DNA of 64,000 bases, from the NCBI GenBank assembly GCA_039924785.1, contig JBDTAE010000164.1, positions 4,101 to 68,100 on the forward strand, given 5' to 3'. The position numbers were made by a program, and so were the translations under genes. The notes beneath the pieces are model-generated. The model saw nothing but the letters and a program-made list of their open reading frames with translations. It made no database searches and was not told the DNA's origin. This document shows, piece after piece, positions 56,239-64,000 of this stretch. The stretch is from Gemmatimonadaceae bacterium. GTDB taxonomy: Bacteria > Gemmatimonadota > Gemmatimonadetes > Gemmatimonadales > Gemmatimonadaceae. Position 1 is the stretch's first letter; each line of letters opens with the position of its first letter.

Positions 56239-58734
56239 ATGAAGCTTGTTTTTGCCACGACTGCGATCGTTACAGCGGGTGTTGCGTTCACCGTCGGAAC
56301 CGCGACTGGTCGCGACGCGCCTCATTGGACCGCGGGTGCAAAGTCGCTGGCGACCGTGCCGATGCGGACAGCCAAGTCGGTAAAGCGCAGCGCGCCGAAG
56401 GATCCGCGCGCAATCACCAACGCGTTCAACGGCGTCGTCCAGAACTACTGCACCGATTGTCATAGCGACCAGACGCTGTCTGGCAACTTGTCGCTCGAAC
56501 ATTTCGATCTTGATTCGGTCATGATCGATGACCGTCGTGAGGAGTCGGAAAAGCTCATTCGAGAGCTTCGGGCGCACATGATGCCGATTCCCGGCGCGCC
56601 GGTCCCCGCCAATGACTCGCTCGATCTGCTCGTGTCGTTGATGGAGCAGAGGATCGATAAGGCGTCGACAAAGGCCAATCCCGGCACGCGCACGTTCCAG
56701 CGCCTCAACCGGTCCGAGTATGACGCGGTCATCCGCGACCTGCTCGGCCTCGAGTTCGATTCGGGCGAGTATCTCCCGCTCGATACCAAGAGCGCGAACT
56801 TCGACAACATCGCCGACGTGCAGATGCTGTCGCCGACGCTGCTCGAGTCCTACCTGAATGCTTCGTCCGCTGTCACGCGCGCGGCGGTCGGCGACCGTAA
56901 GGCGACGTCGCAGCTCATCAGCTATTACGCGTCGCCGTTTACATCCCAGCACCCGTGGGACCACATTGAAGGCACGCCGTACGGAACGCGCGGTGGAATC
57001 GTCGCCGAGAACATCTTCCCGGCCGACGGTCTGTATTCGTTTCGCATCAACGTATCGGGCGGCGTTGGCACCAAGCTCGAGGACCTCGACATCTCGGTCG
57101 ACGGAAATCAGGTGGCGCTGCTTCATTATGAAAAGGGAACCGACCAGAACCTTGCGTCGGCAGATGCGCCGGCTGGCGCCGACTACGTCAAGAGCGATCC
57201 GATTCAGCTGAAGGCCGGCCAACATCACGTTAGTGTGGCGTTCGTCCGCCGTGGCGATGGTCCGTACGAAGATCTCATCATGCCGCATGGCTGGTCAAAG
57301 GCTTCCAACGGCAACGGGAGCGACGGTACGACCGAGCCGCCCCACGTCATGGAACTCGGCATCGTCGGACCGGTCAAGACGACCGGTATGTCCGAAACGC
57401 CGTCGCGAAAGATCATCTTCACGTGCCATCCGACGGCCGCAGTGGCTCAGCGCGCCTGCGCCGAGCAGATCATCAACAACCTCGGCAGCAAGGCCTATCG
57501 TCGTCCGCTTACGCAGCACGATCGCGACGGGCTGATCAAGTTCTATGACAAGGCGGTCGCGAAAGACGGTTTCGAGGAGGCAGTGCGGGTTTCGCTGCAG
57601 GCCATGCTCGCCAGCCCGTATTTCGTGTTTCGGTTCGAAGCGCCGCCGGCGAACGTTGCGCCGGGCCAGGTCTACGCGATCAACGACTACGACCTTGCGA
57701 CGCGCTTGTCGTTCTTCCTCTGGGGCAGCATTCCGGACGACGAGCTCCTTTTGATGGCGAAGGAGCACAAGCTTTCCGACAAGAAGACCCTGGATGTCGA
57801 GGTCAACCGCATGTTGGCCGACCCGCGGTCGCAGGTGCTGTCGACCCGGTTTGTCTACCAGTGGCTGCGGCTGTCGGATATCGACAAGGTTCGTCCGGAC
57901 GCGTTCTACTTCCCCGATTACAACCAGCAGCTGGCCGACGCGATGAAGACGGAGACTGAGCTCTTCTTCAACGACATCGTTCGCAACAACCACAGTGTGC
58001 TCGACCTGTATACGGCCGACTACACGTTCGTGAATGAACGATTGGCCAAGCACTATGGTATTCCGAACGTCTCGGGCGACGAGTTCCGCAAGGTCACGTA
58101 TCCCGACGACACGCGCCGTGGCTTGCTTGGCCAGGGTAGCGTGCTGGTGCAGACGTCGTTCGCCAATCGCACTTCGCCGACGGTTCGCGGCAAGTACGTG
58201 ATGGAGGTGCTGATTGGAAAGGCACCGCCGCCGCCGCCGCCGAACGTGCCTGGTCTGGACGAGACGTCGGGTGGTAAAGAAGGCCGCCCGCTGACGACCC
58301 GGGAGCGCATGGAGATTCACAGAAAGAACCCCACGTGCCGAACGTGCCATCAGTACATGGATCCGATCGGCCTGGCGCTCGACAACTTCGACGTCACCGG
58401 TAAGTGGCGGTATCGCGAAAACGGCACGGGTCTGGACACGCAGGGCCAAATGTACGACGGTACACCGATCAGCAAGCCGTCCGATTTGACGAATGCGTTG
58501 ATCAAGCGTCCGATTCCGTTGGTGCGGACGTTTACGGAGAACTTGATGGCCTATGCGTTGGGCCGCCGGGTTGAAGATTATGATGAGCCCACGGTGCGCG
58601 CGATCGTACGCGACGCCGAGGCGAATGGTTATAGAGTTTCCTCATTTGTTGTTGGCGTCGTGAATAGCAGCGCATTCCGCAGCAAGCGAGCCGATCCGGT
58701 TGTTTCGGCCGACAAAGACAAAGACCGCCATTAG
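56239..58734 (+). CDS. DUF1592/DUF1587/DUF1588/DUF1595/DUF1585-type protein with an N-terminal c-type heme motif
   Basis: ATG at 56239, signal peptide. CTDCH heme-binding motif followed by LSLEHFD. C-terminal CRTCHQYMDPIGLALDNFD block typical of the DUF1588/1585 end. Confidence 0.75.
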   Translation: MKLVFATTAIVTAGVAFTVGTATGRDAPHWTAGAKSLATVPMRTAKSVKRSAPKDPRAITNAFNGVVQNYCTDCHSDQTLSGNLSLEHFDLDSVMIDDRREESEKLIRELRAHMMPIPGAPVPANDSLDLLVSLMEQRIDKASTKANPGTRTFQRLNRSEYDAVIRDLLGLEFDSGEYLPLDTKSANFDNIADVQMLSPTLLESYLNASSAVTRAAVGDRKATSQLISYYASPFTSQHPWDHIEGTPYGTRGGIVAENIFPADGLYSFRINVSGGVGTKLEDLDISVDGNQVALLHYEKGTDQNLASADAPAGADYVKSDPIQLKAGQHHVSVAFVRRGDGPYEDLIMPHGWSKASNGNGSDGTTEPPHVMELGIVGPVKTTGMSETPSRKIIFTCHPTAAVAQRACAEQIINNLGSKAYRRPLTQHDRDGLIKFYDKAVAKDGFEEAVRVSLQAMLASPYFVFRFEAPPANVAPGQVYAINDYDLATRLSFFLWGSIPDDELLLMAKEHKLSDKKTLDVEVNRMLADPRSQVLSTRFVYQWLRLSDIDKVRPDAFYFPDYNQQLADAMKTETELFFNDIVRNNHSVLDLYTADYTFVNERLAKHYGIPNVSGDEFRKVTYPDDTRRGLLGQGSVLVQTSFANRTSPTVRGKYVMEVLIGKAPPPPPPNVPGLDETSGGKEGRPLTTRERMEIHRKNPTCRTCHQYMDPIGLALDNFDVTGKWRYRENGTGLDTQGQMYDGTPISKPSDLTNALIKRPIPLVRTFTENLMAYALGRRVEDYDEPTVRAIVRDAEANGYRVSSFVVGVVNSSAFRSKRADPVVSADKDKDRH

Positions 58735-58769
58735 TTCGGTAACCACAGGCATCGGGGAGCAAAGGGACA

Positions 58770-60173
58770 ATGAAATTCCTCAGCGGCAAGGCGATGGAAC
58801 GGCGCACGTTTCTCCGCGGCGTGGGCGCAGCAGTCGCCCTGCCATACTTGGACGCGATGGTCCCGGCGTTGGGCGCGATCGGCAAGCGATCGGCTCCGTC
58901 GACGGCAGCCGCGAACAAGACGCGTTTCGTGTGCATCGAGTCGGTGCACGGTGCGGCGGGATCGAATGCGTGGGGCGCCAGCAGAAACCTGTGGGCCCCG
59001 GCGGGCGTCGGCCGCAACTTCGATCTCATTCCTGACAGCGCGTTGTCGCCTCTGGATCCCTACAAGAAGTATTTGACGATCGTCAGCAACACCGACACGC
59101 GCATGGCCGAGGCGTTCGATGCGCCGGAAATCGGCGGCGACCACTTCCGGTCCAGCGCCGTGTTCCTCACACAGTCGCACCCGAAGCAGACGCAGGGTTC
59201 CGATCTGTACGTGGGAACGTCGGTCGACCAACTCGTGGCGCGTCACATTGGCAAGGACACGGCAATTCCGTCGATCCAGCTCTGCATCGAGAACCTCGAT
59301 CAGGCCGGTGGTTGCTACTACAACTACGCATGCGCCTACACCGACACGATCAGCTGGTCGAGCCCGAGCGAGCCACTTCCGATGATCCGCAACCCGCGCA
59401 CGGCGTTCGAGCTGTTGTTCGGCGCCGGCAAGGACAATACGGATCGTAGCGCGCGCCGCCAGGCGAACGAGAGCATCCTCGACTGGATCAGCAGCGAGTC
59501 GAACAACCTCAAGCGCCAGCTTGGACCCGCCGATCGTCAGCGCCTCGAGAAGTATTTCGAGGATATCCGCGAGCTCGAGCGTCGCATTCAGAAGGTCGAA
59601 GCCCGTAATACGAGCGGAGAACAGCGCGATTTGCCTGAAGCTCCTGCTGGTGTGCCGGATTCCTTCGCAGAGCACGTGAAGCTGATGTTCGACTTCCAGG
59701 TGCTCGCGTTCCAGTCGGACATGACGCGCGTCATCTCCTTCAAGACCGGCCGCGATGCATCGAGCCGCGCCTACCCGGAGAGCGGATCGAACAAGGGCTT
59801 CCATCCGGCCTCGCACCACGGCGGAAAGGAATCGGCCATTCTCGATTTCAACCTGATCAACAAGTACCACGTGAGCATGCTTCCATACTTCCTTGACAAG
59901 CTCAAGGCCAGCACGGAAGGCGATAAGGACCTGCTCGAGAAAACGGTCATCGTCTACGGTTCGCCGATGTCCGATCCGAACATCCACGCGCATCGCCGCT
60001 GCCCGCTCATTCTGTTGGGCAAGGGCAACGGTCAGCTGGAGGGCAACCTGCACCTCAAGGCGCCAGATGCAACGCCGATGGCGAACGTGTTCCTTAGCCT
60101 CATGCACAAGATGGGCGTCGACGATCTCAAGTCGTTCGGCGACAGCTCGGGCGAGTTCGCGCTCACGGCGTGA
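58770..60173 (+). CDS. DUF1552 family protein with a Tat signal
   Basis: MERRTFLRGVGAAVALPYLDAM leader. 467 aa. This is the usual downstream partner of DUF1592-type genes. Confidence 0.75.
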   Translation: MKFLSGKAMERRTFLRGVGAAVALPYLDAMVPALGAIGKRSAPSTAAANKTRFVCIESVHGAAGSNAWGASRNLWAPAGVGRNFDLIPDSALSPLDPYKKYLTIVSNTDTRMAEAFDAPEIGGDHFRSSAVFLTQSHPKQTQGSDLYVGTSVDQLVARHIGKDTAIPSIQLCIENLDQAGGCYYNYACAYTDTISWSSPSEPLPMIRNPRTAFELLFGAGKDNTDRSARRQANESILDWISSESNNLKRQLGPADRQRLEKYFEDIRELERRIQKVEARNTSGEQRDLPEAPAGVPDSFAEHVKLMFDFQVLAFQSDMTRVISFKTGRDASSRAYPESGSNKGFHPASHHGGKESAILDFNLINKYHVSMLPYFLDKLKASTEGDKDLLEKTVIVYGSPMSDPNIHAHRRCPLILLGKGNGQLEGNLHLKAPDATPMANVFLSLMHKMGVDDLKSFGDSSGEFALTA

Positions 60174-60212
60174 GCCGTAGTCCGAAAGACGTGATTTAGA
60201 GGATTCTAATAG

Positions 60213-60256
60213 ACGAAGGATCTGCTCTCAAGAGTCATGGTGAGCGGATCCTTCGT
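60213..60256 (+). other. Intergenic stem-loop between the DUF1552 and ankyrin genes
   Basis: 10-bp stem ACGAAGGATC / GATCCTTCGT with an inner GCTC/GAGC pairing. No T-tract follows, so it is not a classical terminator. Confidence 0.4.
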
Positions 60257-60298
60257 TGCGTGGGAACGGGAACGGTACATACGAGAGGGAGAGGCCAC

Positions 60299-62365
60299 AT
60301 GAAACGTTTGACCTTGATCGGCGCACTGCTCGCGCCGATGGTACTTGGCGCTCAGGACAAGGCGAAGTCCGTCGCGCTGCCCCGCCCAGCGACAGCCGCC
60401 CCGGCGACAGCCCCGGTCGTTGCCGATGCCGCCATGAAAGGCGACATCGAAACGGTGCGCAAGCTCATCAAGCAGGGCGCTCCGGTTAACACCGCCCAAG
60501 GGGACGGTATGACCGCGTTGCATTGGGCCGCGGAGCGCGGCGACATCGCGATGGCGAACGCACTGCTCGCGGCGCACGCCAACGTGAAAACGACCACGCG
60601 CATCGGCGATTACACGCCGCTGCACATCGCCGCGCGAAACGGCAATGGCGCGATAGTGACCGCTCTGCTCAAGGCCGGCGCCGATCCCAAGGCGTCCACG
60701 ATGTCCGGCTCCACTCCGCTGCATCTGGCCGCCGCGTCAGGAAACGCCGAGGCAATCAGCGCACTGCTCGATCACGGCGCGGATCCGAACGCCCGGGAAG
60801 CCGCGTGGGGGCAGACGCCTCTCGTCTTCGCCGCAGAATACGATCGGCCGGCGGCGATCACGGCGCTGCTCAAGCACGGAGCGGATCCGTCGATCCGCAC
60901 CAACGTGATCAGCCTGCAGGACGAGGCGGCCAAGGAACAAGCGGCCACCAAGAAGCGCAATGAAATACTTATTTCGTTCGAACCAGAAAAGCACAAGAAG
61001 GACACCGTCAAGACGCCGGCCGACACGATTGGCGGGGGTTTGGGTGGAGCCGGAGCGCCGGCGTTCGGCGTCGCCGGCTACGGCGGACGCGGTCCCAAGG
61101 GTCCGGTGCCGAAAGGTCCGTTCACGCCAGATCAGATTCAGCAAGCCATTAACGCCGGCCGCGAGATCATGCTCGCGCCGATCGTGCCGAAGGGACCGAT
61201 TACCGAATTCGTCGATACGTTGAACGGCGGCGTCGCGGGTTATGCGAAGACGGTTGGCGGCATGGGCGGCATGACGGCGCTGCACCACGCCGCGCGCGAA
61301 GGCAACGTCGCGGCGGTGGATGCACTGCTCGACGGGGGCGCGAACATCAACGACACGAGCTACGTCGATCACACGACGCCACTGCTTTTGGCGGCCATTA
61401 ACGGCCAGTACGATACGGAACTCGAGCTCATCAAGCGCGGCGCCAATCCGAACATCGCGAGCCACCCGAACATGACGCCGCTCTACGCGACGATCAACGC
61501 CGAGTGGGCCCCGAAGTCGCGCTTCCCGCAGCCGCAGGCGCTGCAGGTTCAGAAGTACTCGTACATCGATGTGATGGAGGCGTTGCTCAAAGCCAAGGCG
61601 GATCCAAACGTTCGGCTGACCCAGCAGCCGTGGTACTTCGCGTTCAACAACTGCGGTAACGCGAACTGCGGTCTCGAAAACATCGAAGGCACGAACGCCT
61701 TCTGGCGCGCAGCGTACGCGCTCGACGTGCCGGCGATGAAGCTGTTGGTCAAGTATGGCGCCGACTACAACGTGCCGTCGCAGCGCACTGCGGTGGCGGG
61801 TGGTCGTGGCGGTCGTGGCGGCGGTGCAGCCGCTGGTGGTGCCCGCGCGGGCCGCGCAGGCGCGCCTCCGGATACCGGTGCGGCAGCTGCCGCAGGCAAC
61901 CGCGGTGCACAGGGTGGTGGTCGTGGCGGTGCTCCGCAGGGCCCGCCGCCGCCGCCGGAAATCGAAGCGCTCGCCAAGGCGGCGCCAGTCGGAGCCGGTG
62001 TATACCCGATCCACGCAGCGACGGGTGTGGGCTACGGCAACGGCTTCGCCGGAAACTCGCACCATCATGCTCCTGACGCCTGGATGGCTGCGCTCCGCTA
62101 CCTCGTGGAAGATCTGCATGCCGATGTCAACCAGCGCGACCAGCAGGGCTTTACGCCCATGCATGACGCGGCGGCTCGCGGCGACAACGAGATGATCCTG
62201 TATCTCGTTGCGCACGGCGGCGACGTGAAAGCGGTAACGAAGACTGGCAAGACGACGGTCGATCTCGCAAACGGACCGGTGCAGCGCGTGAGCCCGATTC
62301 CGGAAACAATCGCGCTCCTCGAAAAGCTCGGCGCGGTCAACACGCATCGCTGCGTGTCCTGCTGA
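60299..62365 (+). CDS. Secreted ankyrin-repeat protein with Gly/Arg/Ala-rich inserts
   Basis: ATG at 60299, signal peptide MKRLTLIGALLAPMVLGAQ. Multiple ANK units (GMTALHWAAERGD..., TPLHIAARNG..., TPLHLAAASGN..., TALHHAAREGN..., TPMHDAAARGD...). Low-complexity GGRGGRGGGAAAGGARAGRAG...GGGRGG at about 61781-61962. Confidence 0.85.
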   Translation: MKRLTLIGALLAPMVLGAQDKAKSVALPRPATAAPATAPVVADAAMKGDIETVRKLIKQGAPVNTAQGDGMTALHWAAERGDIAMANALLAAHANVKTTTRIGDYTPLHIAARNGNGAIVTALLKAGADPKASTMSGSTPLHLAAASGNAEAISALLDHGADPNAREAAWGQTPLVFAAEYDRPAAITALLKHGADPSIRTNVISLQDEAAKEQAATKKRNEILISFEPEKHKKDTVKTPADTIGGGLGGAGAPAFGVAGYGGRGPKGPVPKGPFTPDQIQQAINAGREIMLAPIVPKGPITEFVDTLNGGVAGYAKTVGGMGGMTALHHAAREGNVAAVDALLDGGANINDTSYVDHTTPLLLAAINGQYDTELELIKRGANPNIASHPNMTPLYATINAEWAPKSRFPQPQALQVQKYSYIDVMEALLKAKADPNVRLTQQPWYFAFNNCGNANCGLENIEGTNAFWRAAYALDVPAMKLLVKYGADYNVPSQRTAVAGGRGGRGGGAAAGGARAGRAGAPPDTGAAAAAGNRGAQGGGRGGAPQGPPPPPEIEALAKAAPVGAGVYPIHAATGVGYGNGFAGNSHHHAPDAWMAALRYLVEDLHADVNQRDQQGFTPMHDAAARGDNEMILYLVAHGGDVKAVTKTGKTTVDLANGPVQRVSPIPETIALLEKLGAVNTHRCVSC

Positions 62366-62397
62366 GCCGAACGAGTTAAGTATTCTTTAAAGCTGTC

Positions 62398-62643
62398 ATG
62401 CCCGTATTCGAATACAAATGCCGCGCATGTTCGCACAAGTTCGAAGCGCTCGTGCGTGGCACCAAGGTTCCGAGCTGTCCGAAGTGCGTAAGCCCGGACC
62501 TGGATCGCCTGTTGTCGATGCCGGCGGTTCGGTCTGAGACTACCACCGCGTTAGCAATGAAGGCGGCCAAGCGTCGCGACAAGAGCCAGGCGAGTGACGC
62601 GGATCGCGCGCAACGAGAGTACGAGGCACATCACGACGACTGA
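62398..62643 (+). CDS. FmdB-family CxxC zinc-ribbon protein
   Basis: MPVFEYKCRACSHKFE...SCPKC signature. Confidence 0.85.
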   Translation: MPVFEYKCRACSHKFEALVRGTKVPSCPKCVSPDLDRLLSMPAVRSETTTALAMKAAKRRDKSQASDADRAQREYEAHHDD

Positions 62644-62663
62644 GCGCAGCCTGCGAAATGAGA

Positions 62664-62702
62664 GAGAGCCACGTTGACTTCGGTCGTCGTGGCTCTTGTC
62701 TT
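62664..62702 (+). terminator. Probable terminator after the FmdB-family gene
   Basis: GAGAGCCACG ... CGTGGCTCTT stem with an inner GAC-TTCG-GTC (UUCG loop), followed by the moderately U-rich GTCTTGG. Confidence 0.55.
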
Positions 62703-62707
62703 GGACA

Positions 62708-62883
62708 GCTGGCGGCGAGATCAGCCGCGGAGTCCGCGGAATTGTGAACGGCGAAACTCCGCGGATGCAGGAGATTCGTGCACCCCGACTAATTGTTTAC
62801 CCGGCGGCGAGTGCCGGCAAGTTAGCCGCGGAATCCGCTGAGCCCGCGGAACACCGCGGAACACCGCGGAACACCGCGGAATG
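62708..62883. repeat. CCGCGGAA-family repeat island including a 10-bp-phased tandem array
   Basis: GCTGGCGGCGAGATCAGCCGCGGAGTCCGCGGAA at 62708-62741 is homologous to 127-150. CCGCGGA at 62759. TTAGCCGCGGAA at 62822-62833. CCGCGGAACA x3 plus CCGCGGAATG at 62844-62883, with starts at 62844, 62854, 62864 and 62874. Confidence 0.9.
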
Positions 62884-62975
62884 AGTTGGTCGGCCCGATC
62901 GACGGTAACTCGGCGCGGAACTTGGGCTCTTTTGCCGCCGGAGTTGACTGGCGTTCGCCACAGTCCCGCAAATGC

Positions 62976-63003
62976 CAAAAAATGCGACGCCAACATTGGC
63001 GTC
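62976..63003 (-). terminator. Possible terminator for the minus-strand gene ending at 63138
   Basis: On the minus strand, the GACGCCAATGTTGGCGTC hairpin is followed by GCATTTTTT. It lies about 135 nt downstream of the stop. Confidence 0.45.
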
Positions 63004-63137
63004 CCGCGCAATCAAAGACAACACAGACATGAGCTTGGCACTGGCCTCTCGAGCGCCGAGGAAGCCGATCCGCGCTCGTCGCAGTTTCCTTCCGCCAAAC
63101 TCCGTGGCTAAGGCGCGCGGGCCTGTTACCGGAAGAA

Positions 63138-64000
63138 CTACCGGCCGCCCGTCGTCGGTGAGCCCTCGGCCGCAAGCATCAGCTGCATGTGATCCTGCGC
63201 CTGTTGAAGGCCGCCTTCCCCCGGATCGGTGGCCGTGATGCGACCATCGCCGTTGAGGTCGGCGCCAGAGGTGAGCTGTGCCGTAATTGAAACCAGCTGG
63301 CTGACCAACGCGGCCGCCTCGGCAGCCGTGGTCGCTGCCTGGATGCGTTGCGCGATCGACAAGGCCTGGTCGCAGCGATCGAGTGTGTTCTTCGACACCA
63401 TGACCACGTGCCCAGCGTGGAGAATCACGTTCTGCGAAGCGCCGGGGACCTTTGCCGCGAGCTCGATGTGCGTCTCGACGCCCAGTGTAGCCTTCTTGAC
63501 GCCGTAGCCAAGTCCGGGCCCCATAGGCATGATGGTCGGGTCGATGGCGTTGATGACGTGGCCGGCGTGCAGCTTCATCATCTCGAGGTTTGTCGGAGTA
63601 CGCTGGGCAAGCGCGGCGTGCTGTGCCGCGGTCCGGGCCTCAGCCAATGCGACCGGCAGCAAGCCCATCTTGTTCGGCGTGTCGTTGAAGCTGTTCATGA
63701 CGTGGCCGATGTGCGTCCCGACCATGCCGGCCGGCACCTTGACCGTTGGCGCGGCAGCGACGACGCCGGGCGTGGGGGCACCGGTCAGCTGCGCGATGAT
63801 GACGTCGAACGACCTGCGGAGCGTGGAGTCGGTGCTGATGACGAAAATCTTCTTCTGGTAGTCGGCATCGGTGAGCCCGTTCTTCTGCAAAATGCCCGCG
63901 ACCTCGGTACGAAGCTTTACCTGCAGCTGCTCCTGCGCTTCGGGCTTTTTGTTTCGAGCCTGTGCAAACTGCAGATCGGCCGAGTCGTGCGCCTGCGTGA
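63138..64000 (-). CDS. Hypothetical protein with three H-x-G-H-V motifs and an EF-hand/dockerin-like DxNxDG loop (N-terminus outside the window)
   Basis: The frame stays open from 63138 to the window edge; I hand-translated 63891-63998 and found no stops. Motifs THIGHV, LHAGHV, LHAGHV, then DLNGDGRITATD near the C-terminus. Confidence 0.6.
   Translation of the reverse strand, partial: TQAHDSADLQFAQARNKKPEAQEQLQVKLRTEVAGILQKNGLTDADYQKKIFVISTDSTLRRSFDVIIAQLTGAPTPGVVAAAPTVKVPAGMVGTHIGHVMNSFNDTPNKMGLLPVALAEARTAAQHAALAQRTPTNLEMMKLHAGHVINAIDPTIMPMGPGLGYGVKKATLGVETHIELAAKVPGASQNVILHAGHVVMVSKNTLDRCDQALSIAQRIQAATTAAEAAALVSQLVSITAQLTSGADLNGDGRITATDPGEGGLQQAQDHMQLMLAAEGSPTTGGR

Noticed and set aside
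62844-62883. CRISPR array interpretation of the tandem decamers
   Set aside because: The units are 10 bp and directly abutting, with no spacers. There are no cas genes in the window.
62696-62884. 62-aa ORF running through the repeat island, and overlapping minus-strand ORFs at 62721-63175
   Set aside because: The reading frames are generated by the repeated CCGCGGAA units themselves (for example the repeated PRNT/AEHRGT strings). There are no start-site signals and the ORFs lie between two terminators.
1-64000. Mobile elements, prophage, integrons, rRNA/tRNA genes, toxin-antitoxin or defence islands
   Set aside because: No transposase, integrase, recombinase, phage structural, Cas, restriction-modification or classic TA signatures appear in any of the supplied translations. 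I did not spot tRNA-like cloverleaf sequences in the intergenic regions. The Uma2-family gene (27596-28159) is a common stand-alone gene and not by itself evidence of a defence system. tRNAscan-SE or Infernal would be needed to exclude small RNAs formally.

Overview
High-GC, tightly packed bacterial chromosomal segment. The gene content (paralogous TPR Ser/Thr kinases, a PEP-CTERM tail, a DUF1592/DUF1552 pair, a HEAT-cyclophilin fusion) suggests a Gemmatimonadota-like or similar soil lineage; this is a guess and was not verified. I support about 60 CDS. They include an AlaX editing protein, a KdpE/KdpD-like two-component pair, two TPR Ser/Thr kinases, a nucleobase permease, an acyl-CoA ligase plus MFS transporter, envelope-stress and peptidase genes, cation transporters (CPA1, TMEM175, NatAB), ModABC-like molybdate/tungstate uptake, a sufBCDUS-yciI operon, and an FHA protein translationally abutted to an orphan FAD subunit of a molybdenum hydroxylase. 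Further genes are MsrB, RNase D, a ferredoxin, the 2Fe-2S and Mo subunits of that hydroxylase, a creatininase-like lipoprotein, and a DUF1592-DUF1552-ankyrin-FmdB cluster. I saw no rRNA, tRNA, CRISPR array, transposase or integrase. Two genes are decayed: an M20 peptidase with two homopolymer frameshifts, and a 5'-truncated TldD/PmbA remnant. The most unusual signal is non-coding: a dispersed repeat family built on CCGCGGAA / TCCGCGGA. It occupies four of the few long intergenic islands and includes a perfect 16-bp palindrome and a 10-bp-phased tandem array. I cannot assign it to any element class I know. All functional calls rest on motifs read by eye in the supplied translations, and no database search was possible.
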